Shown here: positions 8,702-15,983 of the stretch, piece after piece
Numbering within the stretch: the first letter of the stretch is position 1
Layout of the letters: each line of letters opens with the position of its first letter
NCBI GenBank assembly: GCA_016931785.1
Contig: JAFGED010000206.1
Coordinates: 1 to 54,567 of the forward strand
Reading direction: 5' to 3'
From: Anaerolineae bacterium
Lineage (GTDB): Bacteria; Chloroflexota; Anaerolineae; B4-G1
DNA: 54,567 nt
Program-made: the position numbers and the translations under genes
The notes under the pieces: model-generated
Told to the model about the DNA's origin: nothing
The model's database searches: none
The model's input: the letters and a program-made list of their open reading frames with translations, nothing else

Positions 8702-11338
8702 TTGGCCGAGGCTTTTCGTGATTGTCTCTCATCTAGTTGGAGATGTGACAGATTGCAAGCGTTTTTTGCGAAGGAGCGGTCGGTTCTTGCTAGAAAAGGT
8801 TTGGCGTTGAGCGTAAGAAGTACCACAGAAACTAGAGCCAGGTGGTTTCGTTGGTTGTGCGTCGGGGTCGCATACTTTGCACTCGCGCTGCTGATGACAT
8901 ACCCCCTGGTCTTGGAATTCAACGATAATTTTGGAGGGTACCATGGCGACATCCTCCCCACTTTGTGGAACCGATGGTGGTTGAGGGAGGCGCTGCAAAA
9001 AGGACTCGACCCGTACTTTACGCCATATCTGTTCTATCCAGGCGGGGCGTATCTGCTCTTTCACAATATGGGCTGGTTCAATATACTTACAGGCCTTGCC
9101 TTGGGGCCGTTCTTTGGGGAAGTCGGTTCGTACAATGCGATCATATTGGCGAATTTCACGCTGTGCGGACTTGGGGCCTATGCGTTGATCAGATACCTTG
9201 GTGAGCGGGAAATCGTCGCTTTTGTTGGAGGCCTGGTATATGCTTTCTTTCCGTATCATATGTCAAACATCTTGACTCAGCCGGAGATTGCCAACGTACA
9301 ATGGGTGCCCCTGTATGTGCTTTATTTGATGGAAGCTACTCGTGGAAAAGGACCCGCAACGGGGCTCCTCGCAGGGCTGTTTCTTGGATTGACCGCGCTT
9401 GCTCACGTGCACTTGCTGACGATGGTGGGGATGCTTACCGCTTTGTGGCTTGCCTATAGCTTGGCGTGCGAACGCGCTGTGTGGAGTTGGCGTTCTATTC
9501 GGAATCTCGCAATCATCGGGCTTGTTCTTTTGGCGTTGGCGGGGCCGTTTTTCTTTCCAATGGCTGCGTACTTTGTGAAGGGTGGAGAGCTTGCAGACAC
9601 GTTGACCGAACAGGATGATTACAGGCAAACGGATGTGCTGGCTTACTTGGTGCCTTCTCGCTATCATCCACTATTGGGGCTACCCTACTTGTTTTATGGG
9701 AAGCATTTCTACTATAACCGGAACTGGCAGCCGACCCCGGGATACGTTGTCCTGTTTCTGTTAGGATATGCATTTGTCCGGCGCTCTCGGCGCAGGGCTT
9801 TTTGGGCATTTCTCGCCTTGGTGCTGTGTGTCCTGGCTCTCGGGCCATATCTGCGCGTAGCAGGGCGCATATTTTGGGAAATTCCCCTGCCTTATCATTT
9901 GGTATCAGGTTTACCTGTCATCCGCGCGTTGCGGGCCTCGGATAGATTCAATGGCATGCTGGCGCTTCCCGTGTCGGTCCTAGCAGCGTTCTCGCTTTCT
10001 GATCTGTTGGCCAAGGTGCAGAGGCGGCTGAACGTGCTCTTTGCACGTGGAGCGGCTGTCTTGTTTGGCTGTTTGATTCTGTTCGAGTACCTCGTCGTAC
10101 CGTTCCCTACGATGCGCCCCCAGATCTCGTCGTTCTATGAAGCGCTACGCTCGGAAGACGGGCAATTTGCTGTTGTAGACGTACCTACAGGATGGGCAGT
10201 GTCTCGATACTATTTGTACTATCAAATGGAGCACGGTCATCCTATTGTGGAAGGGCACATCTCGCGCCCAATTGGTGGGACATATCGTTTCATCGGTCAG
10301 GTGCCGCTGCTTACCCGCGTCGATGAATATCAAAGTGAGTGGAAACTCGACTTCCGGGATGTTTCCCGCCAACTGAGCCCTCTGGCTGATGCAGATGTGC
10401 GGTATTTGATCGTTCACAAAGACTTTGTCAAAGAGGAAGGTCATCTACCAGCCTGGCTTGACTGGATCACGCTGCAGCCACGGTACGAGGACGAGCAGAT
10501 CATCGTGTACTCAACTCGACCGGAATATGGGCGTGACTTTGAGTGGGAAAGAGATCTGGGAGCTGAAGTTGGCATCATTCGGGCAAAGTTGCCGATGGCG
10601 GGAGAGTTTTCGCAGGGAAGCGTTTTTGAGGCAGAGATCCGCTGGGGGAGCCGAGGGGCGCCGGCTCAGAATTTGGCTGTGGAGGTCGCGCTGGTTTCGG
10701 AGGAAAATGGGCAAATAGTGCAGCGGACGCATCGGCCTATTTTGGAAGAGTGGCCGACTGGCCAATGGCCGGCTGGTACGGTGGTTATTGATCGATATAG
10801 ATTTCAGATCGATCCCATGCTGCCTGGCGGAGTCTATTCTGTGCGCGTATCATTGCTGGATGCCGAGACCCTGGCACCTGTTGGTGAGCAGGCCGATCTG
10901 GGCTCTATCGTTATCCACGAGTTGCCGCGCAGCTTTGATCCTCCAACACCGGCGGTCGTTTTGGATGTGTCTTTCGGTGAGGATTTACGCTTGGTAGGCT
11001 ATGACCTAGAGCTGGATGCTGAGGAGCTAACATTGGTGTTACATTGGCAGGCATTGCGCCGCATGGATGACACGTGGAAATTCTTTGTACACGTCTTCGA
11101 TCCAGACACCGGCGCGGTGGTAGCGCAAGCCGACGTTATGCCGCGCAATTGGGCTTATCCGACCAACTGGTGGGCAGAGGGGGAGTACGTCGGCGATCCT
11201 ATCAGCGTCTCGATGGAGGGTGTCCCATCTGGCACCTTTGGGATAGCGGTGGGCGTGTACCATCCAGATTCGGGAGAGCGGCTTGTGACATCCTTGGGCG
11301 AGGATCGACTCGTTTTGCCACAGGAGGTTTCCCGATGA
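8702..11338 (+). CDS. Type-B polytopic membrane protein (GT-C-like, family not assigned) with two shared C-terminal modules
   Basis: N-terminal motif LLMTYPL...WNRWW...YFTPYLFYPGG..LLFHN is shared with the genes at 11335, 15984 and 21239. A degenerate module 1 is followed by module 2 (LVGYDLEL..LVLHWQALRRMD..FFVHVFDPDTGAVVAQADVMP..YPTNWWAEGE). The start is uncertain: TTG 8702 is the longest option, and in-frame TTG 8801 or 8807 are possible. Confidence 0.8.
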   Translation: MAEAFRDCLSSSWRCDRLQAFFAKERSVLARKGLALSVRSTTETRARWFRWLCVGVAYFALALLMTYPLVLEFNDNFGGYHGDILPTLWNRWWLREALQKGLDPYFTPYLFYPGGAYLLFHNMGWFNILTGLALGPFFGEVGSYNAIILANFTLCGLGAYALIRYLGEREIVAFVGGLVYAFFPYHMSNILTQPEIANVQWVPLYVLYLMEATRGKGPATGLLAGLFLGLTALAHVHLLTMVGMLTALWLAYSLACERAVWSWRSIRNLAIIGLVLLALAGPFFFPMAAYFVKGGELADTLTEQDDYRQTDVLAYLVPSRYHPLLGLPYLFYGKHFYYNRNWQPTPGYVVLFLLGYAFVRRSRRRAFWAFLALVLCVLALGPYLRVAGRIFWEIPLPYHLVSGLPVIRALRASDRFNGMLALPVSVLAAFSLSDLLAKVQRRLNVLFARGAAVLFGCLILFEYLVVPFPTMRPQISSFYEALRSEDGQFAVVDVPTGWAVSRYYLYYQMEHGHPIVEGHISRPIGGTYRFIGQVPLLTRVDEYQSEWKLDFRDVSRQLSPLADADVRYLIVHKDFVKEEGHLPAWLDWITLQPRYEDEQIIVYSTRPEYGRDFEWERDLGAEVGIIRAKLPMAGEFSQGSVFEAEIRWGSRGAPAQNLAVEVALVSEENGQIVQRTHRPILEEWPTGQWPAGTVVIDRYRFQIDPMLPGGVYSVRVSLLDAETLAPVGEQADLGSIVIHELPRSFDPPTPAVVLDVSFGEDLRLVGYDLELDAEELTLVLHWQALRRMDDTWKFFVHVFDPDTGAVVAQADVMPRNWAYPTNWWAEGEYVGDPISVSMEGVPSGTFGIAVGVYHPDSGERLVTSLGEDRLVLPQEVSR

Positions 11339-13875
11339 ATCACAAGAGATTCTCAAACCGCTTGTGCAGATTTTCTAGTCGCTTGCAGAGGTCGGATGGT
11401 TTCGTCCTTTTCGGTTATGTGCTGCTGACCTTCGTCATGACGTACCCGTTGGGTTTTCATCTTGGGACGCATGCTGTGGGTGATCGGAACGACATGTGGG
11501 TCTCTCATTGGAACAACTGGTGGGGCCGGGAAACACTTCTCGATGGAGGCAATCCTTATCGAACCTCTTACATGTTTCACCCGCAGGGAGTCAGTTTAGT
11601 ATGGCATAGTTTCAGTTGGCTGAATATGGCCCTGTGGCTAGTATTGAGCCCCTTTACCGGCTCCCTGGCAGCTCATGGGATAACCGTTTTGCTGACTTAC
11701 ATATTGGGTGGGTACACCACTTACTTGTTGGCGCGCGAGGTGACTGGATCGAGAAAAGCGGCTTTCCTGGCCGGGTTGATCTTTGCCTTCTTTCCTTATC
11801 GATACGCGGACCGCAATCACATCAAGTTTTTGACCGCTCAATGGATACCTCTTTCTATTCTTTATTTGATGCGCGTAACACGACGTGGGCATCTGGTCGA
11901 TGGACTCAAGGCTGGCCTGGCTATGGCCTTGTGTGGTCTGTCTAGCGTCCAGTTGATGATCATGAGTGGGATCTGGACCGGTGCGTGGTTACTTTTCAGC
12001 CTGCTTGCCGAGCGCCAGACCTGGTCGCGTCGCACTGCTCTGGCGCTTTTAGTGGCTGGGTTTGTATGTGGGGTGACCGTGGCTCCCTTTTTCGTACCAC
12101 TGGTGGCAGCTTGGTGGGACCCCAATCTGTCGCAGGACCTGACCGCAAGCGATACGGGAGGGGCGGGCGTCAATCTCTTGAATTTCTTTTCCATCAGCGA
12201 AGGCCATTCTTTGGTCCGAGAGGGTGGTGTCCTCGAACAGTGGATACATAGCGAGGTGGCCATCGGCTATCTGGTTCTGGCGCTGGTGGTATGGGCTGCT
12301 ACAAGACGCTGGGCCAAAGCGCGTTTCTGGGTTATTTCGGCGCTGTTATTCGGTGCGCTATCCCTTGGTTCAGAGTTACATGTTGGCGGATTAGGGTTTC
12401 CCGCCGTGCCAACTCCCTATCGGTTGCTAGAACCGACGGCTATTGGCGAGTCTATACGCAAACCTGAACGATTCTGTGTGCTTCTAGGGATATCCGTCGC
12501 AGTTGCTGCAGCCGTGGGTTTTGCCGCGTTACTGGATAGGGTATCCAGTCGTAGGTGGAGGAACTTGGCGTCCGCTTTAATCGGGGGTTTCATCTTGTTT
12601 GAGTACTGGATGGTGCCATTTCCTATGACTGAGCCCATTCAGTCCCCCTTTTACGCTCAACTGAGACAGGAACCGGGGCAGTTTGCCTTGGCCGATTTCC
12701 CCATCGGTTTTCACGCTCACGACAAGTGGTATATGTACGCTCAAACGTTGCACGGCAGGTCGATGGTGGGGGGACATGTCTCGCGTGTGCCAGCCCACGC
12801 TCACGATTTTATGGACGGTGTGCCGCTTTTGACGGCAGCCCGGCAGGGAGTGCCAGAGCGAGGGGCGCTGGACGACATATCGAGACAATTGAAACCTCTT
12901 TCGGAAAGCGGGGTGCGATACATTCTTATTCACAAGTATCGCTTGAGCTCGGAGGCGGCGAGTGGCTGGCGAGCTTGGTTTGCGACTAAGCCCTATTATG
13001 AAGATGCATATTTGACCGTTTTCAACACGGCTCCCCATTATGGGCGAGATTTTGAATTCAAGCAGAGAGTGGAAGATGGAATAGGCTTGATTGAAGCCTC
13101 ACTTTCTGCCGAAAAAATTTCGCAGGGTGGAATGCTGGAGGCAGAAATCGTCTGGGGCTCGGACCAGGCCCCAGGGAAAGCGTGGATGGCCTATCTGGCG
13201 TTGATAGGACCGGCGGGGCAGGAGGAGGAGCAGCAGCGAGTCGTCTTTGAGCCTTGTGCGGGCTGGTCGACGGCGAAATGGGGCCAGGATGCAATCGCGC
13301 GCGCGCGGGTTGAGTCGAGGATCGACCCGTTCTTGGAGGGCGGTACATACACGGTGGTTGTGGGGCTATTTGACGCCGAGACAGGAAAAGCAGCCGGAGC
13401 CGTGTACAAAGTAGGGCTCGTAGAGGTTCAGACTATTCCCCGTGTATTTACTTCTCCCGATGTCGAGGTTGAGTACGAGGCGACGTTTGGCACCGAGTTG
13501 CGGCTTCTGGGGTACGGGCTGCGCCGGCCAGATGAACAGCTCGATGTGGTGCTTCACTGGCAGGCGTTGCGCCGTATGGATACCGCGTACAAGTTCTTTA
13601 TCCATCTGGTGAATGTGGATACAGGAGAGCTCACAACCCAAGCTGATGTGATGCCCTATGGATGGACGTATCCGACCTTCTGGTGGGAGGCCGGAGAGTT
13701 TATCAGTGATCCTATCAGTCTCTCACTGGCCGACGTGCCGGCAGGGACATACCGCTTGGAAGTCGGCGTCTACGACCCCGACACGGGTGTCCGCCTGCCG
13801 GTCAATGCAGCTCCGGAGCCGCTACTGCTGGCAGAGGATCGCCTGGTTCTGCCGGAAGTCGTAGAAAACCGATAG
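11335..13875 (+). CDS. Type-B polytopic membrane protein with two shared C-terminal modules
   Basis: ORF 11074..13875 trimmed to ATG 11335 (MNHKRF). AGGAGG at 11322-11327. ATGA overlap with the upstream stop (11336-11338). FVMTYPL..WNNWW..MFHPQG. Module 2 LLGYGL..VVLHWQALRRMD..FFIHLVNVDTGELTTQADVMP..YPTFWWEAGE. Confidence 0.9.
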   Translation: MNHKRFSNRLCRFSSRLQRSDGFVLFGYVLLTFVMTYPLGFHLGTHAVGDRNDMWVSHWNNWWGRETLLDGGNPYRTSYMFHPQGVSLVWHSFSWLNMALWLVLSPFTGSLAAHGITVLLTYILGGYTTYLLAREVTGSRKAAFLAGLIFAFFPYRYADRNHIKFLTAQWIPLSILYLMRVTRRGHLVDGLKAGLAMALCGLSSVQLMIMSGIWTGAWLLFSLLAERQTWSRRTALALLVAGFVCGVTVAPFFVPLVAAWWDPNLSQDLTASDTGGAGVNLLNFFSISEGHSLVREGGVLEQWIHSEVAIGYLVLALVVWAATRRWAKARFWVISALLFGALSLGSELHVGGLGFPAVPTPYRLLEPTAIGESIRKPERFCVLLGISVAVAAAVGFAALLDRVSSRRWRNLASALIGGFILFEYWMVPFPMTEPIQSPFYAQLRQEPGQFALADFPIGFHAHDKWYMYAQTLHGRSMVGGHVSRVPAHAHDFMDGVPLLTAARQGVPERGALDDISRQLKPLSESGVRYILIHKYRLSSEAASGWRAWFATKPYYEDAYLTVFNTAPHYGRDFEFKQRVEDGIGLIEASLSAEKISQGGMLEAEIVWGSDQAPGKAWMAYLALIGPAGQEEEQQRVVFEPCAGWSTAKWGQDAIARARVESRIDPFLEGGTYTVVVGLFDAETGKAAGAVYKVGLVEVQTIPRVFTSPDVEVEYEATFGTELRLLGYGLRRPDEQLDVVLHWQALRRMDTAYKFFIHLVNVDTGELTTQADVMPYGWTYPTFWWEAGEFISDPISLSLADVPAGTYRLEVGVYDPDTGVRLPVNAAPEPLLLAEDRLVLPEVVENR

Positions 13876-13907
13876 GCAAAAGGTGTGTGATTGGAGACGT
13901 GCTCGGT

Positions 13908-13935
13908 TTGCGCATTTGGTGAAACTGAATAGAAT
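13908..13935 (+). promoter_or_regulatory. Sigma70-like promoter, cassette P2 copy 2 (-35 TTGCGC, 16 nt, -10 TAGAAT)
   Basis: Block 13906..13951 matches 2547..2592. It is followed by AAGGAG (13971-13976) and ATG 13987. Confidence 0.6.
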
Positions 13936-13986
13936 AGCGTACTTGACGGCCCGTTTTTCACATTCTACTAAAGGAGAAAGACAGAA

Positions 13987-15870
13987 ATGATGAACTGGCG
14001 TGCATCCTTTTTTGGAAAACTTGGCGTTCTCTCTCTCATATGTGCTGCTAGTCTCTCCTGGACAGTCGCTGGCTTGGCTGCCCCTCCCAAGCAGGACTTG
14101 GCTCCGGCTGGGACGGATATCTTGGGTAACATCACGACCTCCACAACGTGGGGATTAGCTGGAAGTCCTTACTATATCAAGGCACAAGAAATAAGGGTCA
14201 CTTCTGGCGCCACGCTTACAATTGAGCCAGGTGTGAAGGTCTACATTTGGCCCGATGGTAGGATCCACGTCGACAGTGGCTCGGCTATCATTGCCAAGGG
14301 CACTCCCAGCCAGAACATCGTTTTCGATCGTGTGTCGCCGACGTATACTTGGAAAAACATTCGCCACTATGCCGGATCGACTTCTTACTACCGCTACGTT
14401 CAATTTCTCTGGGGCGGTAACACAGAAGGCTCGCTCTACTATGAAGGCGGCACCCATGTACTCAACAACTGCCAGGTCAAGAACAACAAGCGTCAGGGGA
14501 TTGTAGCCAACGGTCCTGTTAACTTGCGGATCGCCGGTACGCTATTTGAGGGTAACAAGCTCAAAACGATATGGGTCGCCAGCGGCGCCAATCTGACCAT
14601 CACTGGCAGTACGTTTAGTGACCCTGATGGCGATTGGTCGATTTACGTGAGTAACTATGCCCCTCCGCCTACCATCTCGGTAAGCGACTCTAATTTTCTA
14701 CGCAATCTGGGCGTTTATAACGAGCAATATGCTGTTTCTACGGTTGACGCCGAAAATAACTACTGGGGACCGAATCATCCAAGCACGAAAGTGGGTCCTG
14801 GGGTTGATTATTCTCCTTGGCTTAGCACCGGCCCAGTGGATCGCGTCGGCATCACCACGCCTCCCACTGTCACCTTCACCGTCGCGCCCGATCCCAGCGT
14901 CGCGCGTCCTGTGGGTACGGAGTACACGTTCGACGCTTCGGACACCACCGACGTCGAGGATTATTTATCCTCCCTTGATGTGTGCTGGGATTGGGAGGAC
15001 GACGGAGGCGGTTGTGACTCGACGGCGATCTCTCCCACCCATAGCTATGCTAGCGGCGGCTGGCACACGGCGCGTTTGACGGTCACGGATACCGATGGTC
15101 TGACCGGCACGTTGACGCAGCAGATACTATCCGGCTGGGTGCCTACGGCGACCTTGAACTTTACCCAGACGACCTGGGCGCAGATCGAGGTCGATGCCGA
15201 TGGCAGTGATGACGTCGAGGATGATCCAGAGGATCTGAAGGCCTACTGGGACTGGGATGGCGATGGCGTGTGGGACACCGGCGCGTACAGCATCACCACC
15301 GTCGTAACCCATACCTACAGTCACATCGGGCGTTACTGGCTCACGCTGGGCGTGGAGGATACAGAGGGCGTAGTGGGCACGCAGACCAGGGTGGTGGATA
15401 TCATCCCACCTGCAGCGTCGGCATCTGTCGACGGCAGTGGCGGCGCGTTGGTCTCGACGGATGGGACCGTGACCGTTACCTTGGGGGCCGGCGCTGTTAG
15501 TGGTGACGCGGTCATCACGCACACGCCCTGGATAACGGTGCCGATGGGATACGGCGAGCTGCCGGGCGATTTCACCTACCAGGGGTTCGGCCTGACCGCC
15601 CAATCACTTGGCGGACAGCCCATCAGTGGCGTCACCGGCACCTACACAATCTCGGTCGAATATGACCTCGATTACTACGGCGACGTGCTTGGACTTTGGA
15701 GCGATACAAGCATGCTCAAGTTGTATCGTTGGTCGGGTTCGAAATGGGTTCTGGTGCCCTCTACGATCGATTCTGGTCAACTGATCGCGACCACGGACAG
15801 CTTTGGCGACTTTGCCTTGGTTCTCGAGGCGAAGAAAGTCTACTTGCCGCTTGTGCTCGAGTCCTACTAG
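13987..15870 (+). CDS. Secreted right-handed beta-helix (CASH/NosD-like) protein with two PKD domains
   Basis: Signal peptide MMNWRASFFGKLGVLSLICAASLSWTVAGLAAP. Beta-helix-type repeats (VTSGATLTIEPGVKV, NLRIAGTLFEGN, ANLTITGSTFSD). Two PKD-like units (YTFDASDTTD..WDWEDDG..HSYASGGWHTARLTVTDTDG and WDWDGDGVWD..HTYSHIGRYWLTLGVEDTEG). It has its own promoter and terminator. Confidence 0.8.
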   Translation: MMNWRASFFGKLGVLSLICAASLSWTVAGLAAPPKQDLAPAGTDILGNITTSTTWGLAGSPYYIKAQEIRVTSGATLTIEPGVKVYIWPDGRIHVDSGSAIIAKGTPSQNIVFDRVSPTYTWKNIRHYAGSTSYYRYVQFLWGGNTEGSLYYEGGTHVLNNCQVKNNKRQGIVANGPVNLRIAGTLFEGNKLKTIWVASGANLTITGSTFSDPDGDWSIYVSNYAPPPTISVSDSNFLRNLGVYNEQYAVSTVDAENNYWGPNHPSTKVGPGVDYSPWLSTGPVDRVGITTPPTVTFTVAPDPSVARPVGTEYTFDASDTTDVEDYLSSLDVCWDWEDDGGGCDSTAISPTHSYASGGWHTARLTVTDTDGLTGTLTQQILSGWVPTATLNFTQTTWAQIEVDADGSDDVEDDPEDLKAYWDWDGDGVWDTGAYSITTVVTHTYSHIGRYWLTLGVEDTEGVVGTQTRVVDIIPPAASASVDGSGGALVSTDGTVTVTLGAGAVSGDAVITHTPWITVPMGYGELPGDFTYQGFGLTAQSLGGQPISGVTGTYTISVEYDLDYYGDVLGLWSDTSMLKLYRWSGSKWVLVPSTIDSGQLIATTDSFGDFALVLEAKKVYLPLVLESY

Positions 15871-15891
15871 CAACTTGGGTCTCACTCTCTC

Positions 15892-15930
15892 GGCGCCAGG
15901 TGCTCTATCTAGGGTGCCTGGCGCCTTTTT
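15892..15930 (+). terminator. Rho-independent terminator after the beta-helix/PKD gene
   Basis: GGCGCCAGG (15892-15900) pairs with CCTGGCGCC (15917-15925), extendable by wobble pairs, and is followed by TTTTT (15926-15930). Confidence 0.75.
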
Positions 15931-15946
15931 CCCTCGCAAGGCCTCC

Positions 15947-15975
15947 TTGCCCTAAACGCTCTCTTGCGCTACAAT
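15947..15975 (+). promoter_or_regulatory. Sigma70-like promoter, cassette P1 copy 1 (-35 TTGCCC, 17 nt, -10 TACAAT), ATG 8 nt after the -10: probable leaderless mRNA
   Basis: The 45-nt block 15945..15989 differs at only 3 positions from 23682..23726. There is no purine-rich SD between TACAAT and ATG 15984. Confidence 0.65.
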
Positions 15976-15983
15976 CCCTGCCG

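Noticed and set aside
15696-15983. Long N-terminal extensions offered by the ORF track. The same applies to 11074..11334, 18481..18636, 44083..44304, 45336..45545, 52423..52641, 41667..41735 and 47667..47714.
   Set aside because: The extensions overlap upstream genes, terminators, promoters or repeat elements and lack similarity to paralogues. Internal ATG or GTG codons with SD sequences or coupled stop/start overlaps give N-termini that align with the paralogues.
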